A stretch of 63,935 nucleotides of DNA, filler included, from Octopus bimaculoides (GCF_001194135.2; 13 parts of 12 records of this genome joined end to end with filler, not necessarily neighbours in it); one strand, 5' to 3'; counted from the whole stretch's first letter, positions 41,664 to 54,330 are shown. A program made the numbers and translations. Notes: generated from the sequence alone by a model not told the origin.

Positions 41664-41724
<61 letters not shown>

Positions 41725-43021
41725 CTCTCTCTCTACTTACCTNNNNNNNNNNNNNNNNNNNNNNNNNNNNNNNNNNNNNNNNNNNNTTAATTAATTAANN
41801 NNNNNNNNNNNNNNNNNNNNNNNNNNNNNNNNNNNNNNNNNNAAACTGACCTATTTTCCATTACATTTCAGACAGATTCATTGCTAAGTTGCTAAAGTAG
41901 AAATATGGTTATTGCAAATTTTCTGCTCAATACCACAAATTTGCTTACAACCTGCTTGACCTTAACCCCTTGGCTGATTATCTCTGATGCTAAGCAGAAG
42001 TAGTGGGGGGCGTCATAGCTATGTGCTGAGAAGGATTGTTTGGGTTTGTATAAATGTAACAAAAGCAAATTTTGAAGGAAATATTGGTCATATTTCATAC
42101 TTTCTAGGTGTAAGGAAATGACAGTAGATAACAAAGGACAAAAATCGTGTTTCACAGTGTAATCGGATATTGGATAACAATGTGGTTAAGTAGTATCACG
42201 TGTTCTTCAGGTCAGGCAGGTTTGGAAAACAAAATACTGCTGACTGTTAATGCGGCGGAAAATGTAACATCAGGTTTAGGGATGCTGTGAAAAAAAAAAA
42301 GAGGAAACGATTTCGTGGGAGGTGAAATGAAGGTCCTTTCAAAACCAGATTCAATAATTATAACCCTTTCTTAAGTATCCTAGAGAATCGTAATGTCAGA
42401 GTCCGAAAAAGGCATGTGTGACTGTCAAAGAAAAGTACAGCGTACTTTAAATAAAAAACAAACCTGGAGATCTGCGAGCCTCCTTGTAATAGGAGAAAAT
42501 GGTGATTATATTTAGCCATGAATAGAATCAAGTCACAATATCTCAGCACACGGACAACGATGTGAACAAGGGAGGTTAGATTTTTATCTCATACTCACAT
42601 GTGAGAAGCTATATGTTATATTACTACGGGCCTCACCATGTGTATTAACAATAGGTTCTCTTTAAAGACCATTCATAACACTTTATAATCCAATCGTTAA
42701 TTTAACTTCTCATGACTTCCTTTCAGTTTTCTTCCCTATATCCACAAACTCTATATTACATTTTTCACTTCCAACGACAGGGTCCGCTACCATATATTTT
42801 TCCATACTTGGCAGCACCGAATAGTACGGGGCGCTAATTACCCAGGCAATTAGCTATTATCAGGTTATTTAATCCCAGTGCAAAGCTAATTGGTGAGATT
42901 GACTAAAATGGATTTATAATATGCTATAGATTATTATATGAATGCATAGATTTTTCTCAATTACGGTATCTTATATGCATGTGTATATATATATACATAT
43001 ATATATATATATGAATGTGTA

Positions 43022-43162
43022 TTATTCTTTGTAAGTATAGTGCTTATTCTGTCTGGTATTTTGCCGAACTGCCAGGTTACGAGGACGTAAACGCACCAAC
43101 ATCGGTTGTCAAGCAATGGTGGGTGGGGCAAGCACAGGCACACAAATACATACATGCATACA

Positions 43163-43201
<39 letters not shown>

Positions 43202-43211
43202 NNNNNNNNNN

Positions 43212-43245
<34 letters not shown>

Positions 43246-43390
43246 GTACGACGGGCTTCTTTTAGTTTCTGTCTACCAAATCCACTCAAAAGGACTTAGT
43301 CGAATGAGTCTATAGAACAAGACACTTGTCGAAGTGGAACTAAACCCGGAACCATTTGGTTGGGAAGCTTGCATCTTACCACAGAGCCAC
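43022..43390 (-). mobile_element. SINE family A
   Basis: gccgaactgccaggttacgaggacgtaaac...gacgggcttcttttagtttctgtctaccaaatccactc... Confidence 0.75.
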
Positions 43391-43775
43391 TTTGTATATA
43401 TGTATGTGTGCGTGTATTGTGTGTGGATGTGTGTGTGTGTGTGTACATATATATTCACATCCAGTCTTTCCTGATATAACATGAGCAGGAGAGAATATTC
43501 CGGAGTTCTCTTTATGGTAATAAGCCACATGGCCTTATTTATTTGTGGGTAAGGAATTAGTTGACTACATCGACCGCGGTGTTCAACTGATACTTATTTT
43601 ATCGACCGCGAGAGGGTGAAAGGCAAAAATCGAATTGGACAGAGTGTGAACTAAGACTGTAACGTTGCACGAAATGTTGCTGAGCGTTTTGTCCGGTGTG
43701 CCAACAATTGTGCTAACTCCCCGACGATGTTAGTAGTAATAATAAAATAACAAAAACAAAGAAGATTTTACTAAC

Positions 43776-43945
43776 CTTGACATTGCGAGTATTCCATTAT
43801 AGGTATTACTTTACTTTGGTTATTGCCTAAATCTGTCTGACACACGCCCTGGACATTTACATTTCTGTTCAATATTCTCTTCGTATAATTTACCAAGGCT
43901 GGCAGGTGACATCCACACATCATATCCCTATTGTTTCCGAGGTAT
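43776..43945 (-). CDS. Coding exon encoding a leucine-rich-repeat C-terminal cap (LRRCT)
   Basis: tttataattgcag|ATAC...TGTCAAG|gttagt; 170 nt, phase 2 to phase 1. Translation YLGNNRDMMCGCHLPALVNYTKRILNRNVNVQGVCQTDLGNNQSKVIPIMEYSQCQ has the CxC-x22-C-x19-C spacing of extracellular LRRCT caps, preceded by an LxxN-like end of the last LRR. Confidence 0.75.
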
Positions 43946-45650
43946 CTGCAATTATAAACAAAACTCTAAGTGAATGTACTTTAGAGGTATAGAGAATCCC
44001 CTGTTGTATTTCACAACAAAGAAGGATAAGATAATTCGCGCATGAGTATACAAATAATGACATTCATGTTCTGTTCCAAAATGTGTCAATAACAACAATA
44101 AATTGAAATGGTTTCTGGTGGAAACCGAAAATAAGTAAAGTTCCTACTCTCTTATAGCTTATGTCTTGAATGATAAAATACCTTTAAATAAGGAGAACAT
44201 TTAGAGCCACGTAAACCGATCCCTTCAAATCATGGATTAGGGACGGTTTGCTGCCAGAAATTAAATGGTGGCAATTTGGTGTCTCTGGTATTGAGTAAAC
44301 TTTTTTAGACGCGATTTTTTGTCGCTAAAGCCTTGAGTGAAGATGAATCAGGGAAGATCTGAACCTATAACAGGAAGGTATTAATGTAAATTTAACTCAC
44401 CATCCTGTGTAAGAGAGAAAAACTGAGTAAATCACAATTTTTTAAAAATCATTGACGCTATGAAAATGTATTCCACCAGGATTGAAACATAAAGNNNNNN
44501 NNNNNNNNNNNNNNNNNNNNNNNNNNNNNNNNNNNNNNTTAATTAATTAANNNNNNNNNNNNNNNNNNNNNNNNNNNNNNNNNNNNNNNNNNNNATATAT
44601 ATACGTATACATGCACACATATAAAATCTCCTGGCGTATGCTTATATAAGTTAGTTGTTACAGGCAAAAGAAAGAAGGAAAAATCAGGAAATATTAAGTA
44701 TGAGGATGGGGAAGAACAGTGGAGAAGAAAAAGAAAGAAAATAAAAGAAAGAGAAACGGAGAACTAGCAAGAGAATGGGGGAAATAGATAGGGGCAGAGG
44801 GTGCTACATTATGATGCTCGAAAGTAACTAACAACGTTTGGATACTTCATATAGCTTGCACAACGAACACATGAAAACGTACACATAAAATTATATGTAT
44901 ATCTACATAAATATGAGTATAGATGCAAATATACCCACATAAGTATACGCAAACAAATATACAAAAATACATAAATATGTACACAAATACATGTTCACAT
45001 ATATAAAAATATACACACATATACATACACATTTATATATGTCTGCATATATATATGTATATATGTATATATACGTCTACATACATATANNNNNNNNNNN
45101 NNNNNNNNNNNNNNNNNNNNNNNNNNNNNNNNNNNNNNNNNNNNNNNNNNNNNNNNNNNNNNNNNNNNNNNNNNNNNNNNNNNNNNNNNNNNNNNNNNNN
45201 NNNNNNNNNNNNNNNNNNNNNNNNNNNNNNNNNNNNNNNNNNNNNNNNNNNNNNNNNNNNNNNNNNNNNNNNNNNNNNNNNNNNNNNNNNNNNNNNNNNN
45301 NNNNNNNNNNNNNNNNNNNNNNNNNNNNNNNNNNNNNNNNNNNNNNNNNNNNNNNNNNNNNNNNNNNNNNNNNNNNNNNNNNNNNNNNNNNNNNNNNNNN
45401 NNNNNNNNNNNNNNNNNNNNNNNNNNNNNNNNNNNNNNNNNNNNNNNNNNNNNNNNNNNNNNNNNNNNNNNNNNNNNNNNNNNNNNNNNNNNNNNNNNNN
45501 NNNNNNNNNNNNNNNNNNNNNNNNNNNNNNNNNNNNNNNNNNNNNNNNNNNNNNNNNNNNNNNNNNNNNNNNNNNNNNNNNNNNNNNNNNNNNNNNNNNN
45601 NNNNNNNNNNNNNNNNNNNNNNNNNNNNNNNNNNNNNNNNNNNNNNNNNN

Positions 45651-45686
<36 letters not shown>

Positions 45687-45804
45687 ATACACACACGCAT
45701 ATGTATATGTACACACACATACATGCATATACATACACATATATGCCTACAATACACACACATAAATATATAGAGATATATCTACATCGTAACGTATATA
45801 TGCA

Positions 45805-47326
45805 AACAAAAAACTTATACGCAGTTGATAAAGATGTTTATAAATGTCTACTTTCGAACAGCATTACAGACATCTACAAAAAATACAATACAAATTTATA
45901 TGAAGCGGTGAATTTGGAGGCAAGAAGAATTGCTAACAACCTGAAAGTTAGTGATAGGATAGAATATCTCCCCTCACGTCAGCCCTTTATTACCCTGAAA
46001 GACCACAAAGCCAATTTCAATAGAAACCTTAAATGTAAACTAATTAATCCAGCTAAAACTGAAATAGGTTTTATTAGCAAATATATTTTAAGATCGTATT
46101 TTAAGCAAGTTAGATAGTGAATTAAATTGACGGGTTTGGAAAAATAGCAAGTCAGTGATAGTCTGGTTCAAAGGGATTAGCCATAAACATAACTGCAAAT
46201 TTACACAGTTTGATATATGTATATTTTTACCCGTCAATATTTAGGCCTTTGCTTCTAAAAGCATTAGACTTCGCCAAGCAGTATGTCACTATCGATAACT
46301 CGGAAATAGATATTATCCTACACGCAAGGAAATCCCTTCTTTTTTACGAGGATTCTACCTGGGTCAAAAAGAGTGAGGATTCTCTTTTCGATGTACCGAT
46401 AGGAGCATATATGATGAGGGCGGAGTTATGTATGCTTATAGGAGCTTATATTTTGCATAATCTGCATCTAGAATTCGCTTTTATAGATGCAGGATTATAC
46501 AGGGATGATGGTCTTATAGTCAGCGATAATTTAAATGGCCATGAATTAGATAAACTTAGGAAGAATCTGATTACTTTCTTCCAAAGAATGGGCTTACGGA
46601 TTACGATAGAAAGTAACCTTAAAAGCGTAGATTTTTTTAGATATCAACTTACATTTACAATTAGATAAATTTAAAACCTACTGTAAGCCCAATGAAAAAA
46701 CTATGTTATGTTAGCAAAGAATCTAATCATCCACCCGTAATACTTAAGAACCTAGTTAGTAATGTAGGAAGGCGTATATTATCAATTTCTTCGGATGAGA
46801 CAGCATTTCAAAGTGCTGCACCGTATTACAATAATGCATTGAGGAAAAGTGGATTCTCGGAGAAGATCCAGTTTAGTCAAGTTAATTCTAGCAATAATAG
46901 GCCATGTAGAACTAGAACTAGGAAAGTTTTGTGGTTTAACCCTGCATTTAATATGGCCGTAAAAACTAATATAGGTAGGGAATTCTTAAAATTAGTTTCT
47001 AAGCATTTTCAATCTAGCCATAAGTTCTATAGAATATTTAATAGGAGAACGCTGAAGTTTAGCTATTCTTGTTGCAAAAACTTCGCTTCTTTTATTAGCC
47101 AGCTTAACACAAAAATTATTACAGACAACTACAGTGCCGAATCTAATCTGCAGAACTGAAACTGCAAAGATGAGACTCGCTGTCTGCTGGAAGGCTGATG
47201 TCTTGAGAAAGTTATTGTTTATAGAACCAAAGTGCAAGTGGATAGCTCGCAAGAATATAAAACATATACAGGGGCTTCAGAGATTTCATTCAAGACTTGA
47301 TTCTATTCCCACCAACATTCTTTCTG
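45805..47326 (+). mobile_element. Degenerate Penelope-like retroelement: RT + linker + start of C-terminal GIY-YIG endonuclease (Hydra-clade-like)
   Basis: Frameshifted frames give FITLKDHK...KLINPAKTEIG, LFDVPIGAY...AELC, GLYRDDGL (RT catalytic), SKESNHPP, VLWFNPAF, LKFSYSC, then xNC...CLLEGxCL...IVYRTKV...TYTG. Truncated at both ends by TA/CA microsatellite and a SINE. Clade name is from recollection and needs phylogeny. Confidence 0.85.
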
Positions 47327-47367
47327 ATATATTTATATATATATATTTATATATGTATAAATATATA

Positions 47368-47818
47368 GGCGCAGGAGAGGGTGTGTGGTAAGTAGCTTGC
47401 ATACCAACCACATGGTTTGGGGTTCAGTCCCAATGCGTGGCACCTTGGGCAAATGTCTTCTACTATAGGCTCGGGCCGACCAAAGCCTTGTGAGTGGATT
47501 TGGTAGATGGAAACTGAAAGAAGCCCGTCATATATGTATATGTATATATATGTATATATATGTATATATATATATATGTGTGTGTATGTATGTATGTGTG
47601 TGTATATGTTTGTGTATCTGTGTTTGTCCCCTCAACATCCCTTATCAACCGATGCTAGTGTGTTTACTTCCCCGTAACTTAGCGGTTCGGCAAAAGAGAC
47701 CTATATAATAAGTACTAGGCTTACAAAGAATAAGTCTTGGGGTCGATTTGCTGGACTAAAGGCGGTGCTCCAGCATGACCGCAGTCAAATGACTGAAACA
47801 AGTAAAAGAGTAAAAGAG
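47368..47818 (+). mobile_element. Full-length SINE family A (tRNA head, CORE-like segment, internal TA/TG microsatellite, GTAAAAGA tail)
   Basis: A-box-like GTGTGGTAAG, B-box-like GGGTTCAGTCCC, then CACCTTGGGCAA (MIR/CORE-like), tail ...GACTGAAACAAGTAAAAGAGTAAAAGAG; about 17 related copies in the window. Confidence 0.85.
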
Positions 47819-49675
47819 AATATATATATATATTTATATATATTGTCGTATTGCCAGTTTAGCCAATAAAAACACACGCACTGTATATTTGGTGCTAATT
47901 TACTTCAGCTTTATATTACATTATATTACATTAATCCTATTTCGGCCAGAAATGAAAACAAAAACAAACGAACATGTATTAACAGAGGATATAGATAATA
48001 CAGGNNNNNNNNNNNNNNNNNNNNNNNNNNNNNNNNNNNNNNNNNNNNTTAATTAATTAANNNNNNNNNNNNNNNNNNNNNNNNNNNNNNNNNNNNNNNN
48101 NNNNATATATTTCATCGATGAGTTCATAAACCTTGGTTCTTTTCTCTAATACTATATATTTATATATATTTTATACTGTGAAACTTAATTTAATTTTAAT
48201 TTTTAATAAATTGATTTAAATTGAGTTTTTACCTGTAATTTTGGATTTTATCCCTAATATTATTATTATTATTATAATATATATATATATAATCACTTGA
48301 GAGCACAATTGGTGCATATTTCATCCCCCAACCTTTTTGTGCTACCAATTCCCATGGAACCACTTCCTTTAACATCCACCCCTCATTCTCATTATCATCC
48401 CTTCCCACACTAATTTCCACTGATGATCCCCTTTCTGTGCCTTCCACTATCTCTCCCTCTCCTCTACGTTACATTTTAGGTTTGCTCTGCCACATCTTTA
48501 ATACTTGTAATATTTGCTATCATTCTCAATGCTCTTTCTGATCCATCATCAACATCTTCCCACTAACTATAGCCACCCTTATATACCTCTATTACCATCT
48601 CAGTACATTGCCATCCTCACTCTTACACTCTTCAGATTTATCTTCAGGTTACATCTTGTCACTCCTCCTTTCTGAGCCACTCCTGTCTATTTGTCTCTCC
48701 CCCCTCTCTCCCCATATTGATATTTTATTTCAACCACACCTCCATCCTTGTTCATCATTCACTACATTCACCTATACCCCACTCTCCAACCACTTATTAC
48801 TTTCCTCTCACACTCTTAAGAAATTGCTTACCTTTTCCTCCCTTACCTGATCCACTGTCCTTAATCTCCATTATACTCACTTTTTTGTACCATGAGAGTT
48901 TGTTCTGGCACCTAGTCACCACTATTTTCTTTCCACGTACCCTATATAAAGCAGGGTTGCTATGTATTTCTTCTCTAACGAGACACCTGTACTTGTTCCT
49001 TGATCATATTTTAACCTCTCAGCATCTGACATAAAGCCACGTTCCATTCTCTCAAACACTTCTCCTCCTCCAGTTCAGTCAACGGAGCTATTTCTTTTAT
49101 TGCATGTTACTTAGCAACTTCACTAGTACCAGTAGCATGAAAAAAAGCACACAATACACACTATATTGATGTTATTGATGTTATTGATGTTATGAAAATC
49201 ATCCAGCCATGAGAAATCATACCAAAGCTCAGATTGGAGACTGATGCTGATCATCATATCCTGTCAATTCATCTAATCCATACCTGCATAGAAAACAGAT
49301 TTAGATGATGATGATGATGTATGTGTGTGTGTATACATATACATGTATCCAGCCAACCTATAGGAGCATTGAAAAGGGGTTGCTAAAACAATGATAATGT
49401 TTTGGAAGATTCAAAACAGACCAATAGTTGTTTATATTACAAGAAACAATAATATATTTATATTACACATAGCAATAAAAACATTATTTGATTTGGAGTT
49501 TTATTAATTGTATTATTTCCTGTTTGAAGCTTTGTTAAGACATCAATACCTGCATACAAATGTGTGTATATATATATATATGTATATATATACAGTGTAA
49601 AAGCTTGATAAAGAAAAATTGTAAGGAAAAATATGAAAAGAAGGAAAATGCACTGAAATTTTATGTTGGACAATA

Positions 49676-50100
49676 CATCATTTAATGTCCATTTTCTGTG
49701 CTGACATGGGTTGGATGGTTTGACTGGAGCTGGCAAGGTTGGGAGTCACACCAAGTTCCATTGTCTGTTTTGGCTTGATTTCTACAGGTGGATGTCTTTC
49801 CTAACACCAACCACTTTACAGTGTTCTGGGTGCATGTTATGTGACACCAGCACCAGTGCTTTTTATGTGGCACTGTCATCAGTGTTTTTTGGGTTCAAGG
49901 GGAAGAAATGTGGGTATGAGAAAAGTTTTGGAATAGTGCCCCTCATGGACAAGCATTACCAAGGTGATTTTAGGATATCCATTCTGTAGTAGTGGGCAGG
50001 TCTTCTTGAGTACAGCAATGTGCTGTATATCTCAGTCCTTTGTCATCTCCTTTGTAAGGCTCAGCATTTTCAGCCTTCAATACTTCATCCCGTGTATTCC
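49676..50100 (-). mobile_element. 5'-truncated RTE-clade LINE 3' end
   Basis: Minus strand encodes ..TRDEVLK / RLKMLSLTKEMTKD*DIQHIAVLKKT (RTE RT C-terminus-like), followed by the same 3' UTR as the GAT-tailed repeats elsewhere in the window. Confidence 0.6.
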
Positions 50101-50872
50101 ATTTTTCTCATCAGAGAACAAAACCCTGGTTCATTCACCATCCCATGCCTGATGCTGCTGAGCAAACTCCAATCCAACAGCTTTGTGGGAAGGGGACAAT
50201 AACAGGCATTCCAGCCAGTTCTTCAGGTAGGAACCATGGTTCAAAATCACTCTTCTTACAGTGGATGTCGAGGCTCCTACTCTTGCTGATGCCTTGGTTT
50301 TGGAAACAGAAGAATAGCATGACTTCTTCACAGTTCTGACAGTGGCCTTTTCATCTCTTGGGACATCCACCTGCATGAACTCTGTTGTAGCCATCAGGAT
50401 CTTTCAGATTCAGAAAATTGTCCACTGGCATTCTGCTTCACTGAATTTTCTTGACAATCTTCTAGTTACTCATTCCTTCTGCTTTCAGTGCAAGAATCTT
50501 CCCTTGCCCAATTTCAGAAAGCTTTGTAGCTTTAGGCATACTGGAAATGTAATCAGGATCATGGAGAATATGATTGAGTGGAATATTTTCTGAAATAATC
50601 TGGAAAGCAATGAAAATGCATTAGTGGATTTATAGTTTTGAAGTGTTGATATGCTCGGGAAAATTGGAAAATCAGGTGTTGTAATGTGATAATAAAGGTA
50701 CAAGGTTTACATTTCAAAGTATACACGAAATACCCATTTACAATAGATTATGCCCCCTTAGTCCACATAAATACAGAACTAAATTTCCAAATAACTTTAA
50801 AGAACATGTGGCTTTATAGTTTTGAATAGTAGTTTAGGTTAACTGTCAACACCATTTTTTTGGCCAGCTATT
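50096..50872 (-). mobile_element. Tc3-like (Tc1/mariner) transposon relic: 5' end and N-terminal transposase
   Basis: ATG at 50539: MPKATKLSEIGQGKILALKAEGMSN*KIVKKIQ*SR...LKDPDGY..., later LLSPSHKAVGLEFAQQH...VLFSDEK; end resembles a Tc1 TIR (gctggccaaaaa at about 50857-50868). Confidence 0.8.
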
Positions 50873-50988
50873 AGCTTCATCTTCTTTATATCTGGTCTTT
50901 GTGAAGCCTTATCTTCATCTTGTCTTGTCTCTTATCACCACTTCTGTACTGAAGCAAAACTGTATATCTGCCTTACTACCTACCTACC

Positions 50989-51077
<89 letters not shown>

Positions 51078-51678
51078 TGAAAGAAGGAGTGAGATAGCTA
51101 TAGAATGAGGTAGTAAAATTACGTTTACATAGGGACCGCTATAACTGTTGTTTTCTATTTTCTGGCATGTTTATATCATGCAGTAATGGTTGAGTCCTGA
51201 CATTGCTGGATTTAAGAAGTCCAACCTGTATAAATATATCCTGATATCACAATATAGAATTTATGCACTTATGAATGTTCTATCTCATAACATGGTAATT
51301 TATGATATAAACAAATCCTTAAAGGGTGGACATCATCAATTGATGTCCAAAAATTTTACATGGACACAGCCTCCATCAAAGAAAAGTAAATATTTTGCAC
51401 TATTTTTCAATAATGAGCTTTATAAATTTTATTGTACGAGAGACAAACAATTGTTATAGGTTTTGTACTTATTTAATTTGAAAAAAAGTATAAAAATTAC
51501 CCTTATGACAAAGAAAAATTTATTGTTTTTTGCTGTTTGTCATGCAGTCATGCAGCCCTTTTCTTACTGTTTAAGGTTTAATGCTAGAGTAACATCAGTA
51601 GGCAAGTTTAATTTTAGTTTTCTTCTGAGTTAACATAAAAATAATTTCCTTATCTTTTATATTTACACTTTCTCAAGT

Positions 51679-52062
51679 GGAGGCGCAATGGCCCAGTGGT
51701 TAAGGAAGTGGACTTGCAGTCATAGGATCGCGGTTTCGATTCCCAGACAGGGCGTTGTGAGTGTTTATTGAGCGAAAACACCTAAAGCTCCACGAGGCTC
51801 CGGCAGGGAATGGTGGCAAACCCTGCTGTACTCTTCCACCACAAATTTCTCTCACTCTTACTTCCTGTTTCTGTTGTGCCTGTAATTCAAAGGGTCAGCC
51901 TTGTCACACTGTATCACGCTGAATATCCCCAAGAACTACATTAAGGGTACACGTGACTGTGGAGTGCTCAGTCACTTGCACGTTAATTTCATGAGCAGGC
52001 TGTTCCATTGATCGGATCAACTGGAGCCCTCGATGTCGTAAGCGATGGAGTGCCAACAACAA
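51679..52062 (+). mobile_element. Full-length SINE family C (tRNA-derived, CAA tail)
   Basis: A box TGGCCCAGTGG (51689-99), B box GGTTTCGATTCCC (51732-44), unique body, (CAA)n tail, imperfect TSD ACACTTTCTCAAGT / ACACTTTTTCATAT. Confidence 0.8.
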
Positions 52063-53378
52063 CACTTTTTCATATAAATAATTGATTAAATGGTGTATAT
52101 AAATTAACATTTATTAAATAATTTTTCCTAAATATAGTATACACTGTAATGTGGTCGGCATAAAGAAGGGCATCCAGCCATAGAAACCATTGCTAAATCT
52201 GACACTGGAGTATGATGTGGTCCTTCAATCCAAAGGATTCTGTCAAATCATCGAACCCATGTCAACATAGAACAAGAATGTTAAATGATGATGATCATAA
52301 TGGACGGTATATAAAACTAGTTTTATATCATAGGCATCCCCTGTGTTATGAAAGTATTGTACTCTTGAAAATGTTGCCATAATGTGGAGTCCCATAACAT
52401 AAAACCTATTTCCCCATTAACTTCTGTGTTACACAAAAGTTAATGAATATGGAAGAAAGAACAGAAAAAATATGTTCCACATTAACGAATTCCAAAATTT
52501 TCATAAATACACAACTTCAATATCATGAGAAAGGCTTCTGTAAAGAAATTTCAGTCTCGTGAAAACAAAAAGATATAAAAATGCATTGAAAAAGATGTGG
52601 AGAAGTGTGACATAAGTCATCTCATATAAAAGAAAAAAAAAAAAGAAAAAAAAACCCCAGAAAAAAACATCAATTTACTGAACCACTTTTCTTTTAAGTT
52701 TTCCATAAAAATATAATTATTTAATCATCTTTGTTTCTTTCTTGCACTGAAGTTGGGTTAGAATTTATCCAAGGATGAATTTTCTGTTGCATAATCATTA
52801 TTGTTTCATCCTAAATGATCTTTGATTAAATGACCTTATGCCAGTTCAACTATGACCATCCCATATTTTTTCAGGTCTAGTTTCTCTTAGACAACATTAT
52901 TCAATCCTTTTATTTTTAAAAGAAAGTAACAGTGATTTGAGGAAAATTTAGCTGCTATCCCTAACATGTTGAATAACTATTTAGAGGCTTCCATTTGCTT
53001 ATCTTGAGAATTGAAACAACAAATATCTCACAAAAGGAATATGAAATGGTAACCAATATATATCTATCAAAATATAAGCTTATATAACAGTAAGGTTGAT
53101 AAAAGGGAAAATGGAAGACTATTTTATTTGACATACTTTGTACTTGATCTGCGATTAATGTACGGATAAGATACCTATGCTTACTTTTTTACAAGAATGT
53201 TCTTACAATTAAAGGCTTGTTATTTGTTATGAAGATAAATATATAAGTTAGTGTCAGAGAACATTGAGATAAAAAGCTTGAGTCATCACCTCAAAGAGAT
53301 CATTTATATGATATTGTAATTTTTTTATTCAACACAAATTACTAGAAATCTCTTATATTGTTGAATAAATACGAAATT

Positions 53379-53439
<61 letters not shown>

Positions 53440-53559
53440 CACTCACTCACTTTCTCTCTCTCTCTCTCTCAATCTGAGCATTTTGACTTGTTGTTAAATG
53501 CTGATATGGCACTTTGATATTGTATACTTCAAGATAGACGTATAGGTACACCACACTCT

Positions 53560-53878
53560 CTTTCTCTTTTACTTGTTTCAGTCCTTTGACTGTGGCCATG
53601 CTGGAGCACCGCCTTTAGTCAAACATATCAACCCCGGGACTTATTCTTTGTAAGCTTAGTACTTATTCTATCGGTCTCTTTTGCCAAACTGCTAAGTGAC
53701 AGGGACATAAACACACCAGCATTGGTTGTCAAGCAATGCTAGGGGGACTAACACAGGCACACAAACATACACACACACATATATATACATATATATGACG
53801 GGCTTCTTTCAGTTTCCATCTACCAAATCCGCTCACAAGGCTTTGATTGGCCCAAGGCTATAGTAGAAGACACTTGCC
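53560..53878 (-). mobile_element. SINE family A lacking its tRNA head (abuts PLE fragment)
   Basis: Tail, internal repeat and CORE-like segment present; sequence switches to the PLE relic at about 53880. Confidence 0.8.
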
Positions 53879-53879
53879 G

Positions 53880-54330
53880 TTGGTAGATTTTGGAGTTTCT
53901 TGTTGATAAGATGTTAGATAACTCTGGCAATGTGGTGGCAAAGTAGTTCAATTTTATAGATTGGAGGCTAAACATTTTTCTAAGTGGGGTTAGATTTAGG
54001 CAAACGTTTTTCGAGTAGAGCAAAGAAGAGTTTGGATACTCAAGTCTGGATATTAAGGGTGAAGTGGGGGTGGAACCATATGATGTCTTGGTTTCTAGTT
54101 CATTTAATCCGATTGGGGTGGGAGGTTACCTGGGTGGAGATAAGGTTTTGGATGTGTATGTTGATGTCTGTTTTGGTGGCTTGTGGTGTATATAGAATTA
54201 GGGGTTATTTGGTAGGGGTGTCATTTGTTAGGTCATTTACTACTTCAATGTTTGGGTGGGTATAGGAGGAGTGGTGTAAGGAGTATTAGGTCTATCATAT
54301 GGGGGCTGGGAACTGTTTTTTGTTCTGTGT
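53880..54330 (-). mobile_element. Decayed PLE linker fragment (same type)
   Basis: Minus strand DIIWFHPHF (54061-54087) followed by ..LFFALLEKRLPK.., collinear with the VLWFNPAF...FLKLVSKHF region of the 46.7-kb ORF. Confidence 0.55.

Noticed and set aside
44399-44402. 4-nt GATG between a strong acceptor and a gtgagt donor
   Set aside because: Joining it to the LRRCT exon creates TGA or shifts the frame; longer readings are closed in all frames.
49458-49550. LRR-like peptide GIDVLTKLQTGNNTINKTP on the minus strand
   Set aside because: Imperfect LRR consensus and no phase-compatible donor.
51679-51760. Possible tRNA gene
   Set aside because: A and B boxes present, but no closing acceptor stem or terminator; it continues into a SINE body with tail and TSD.
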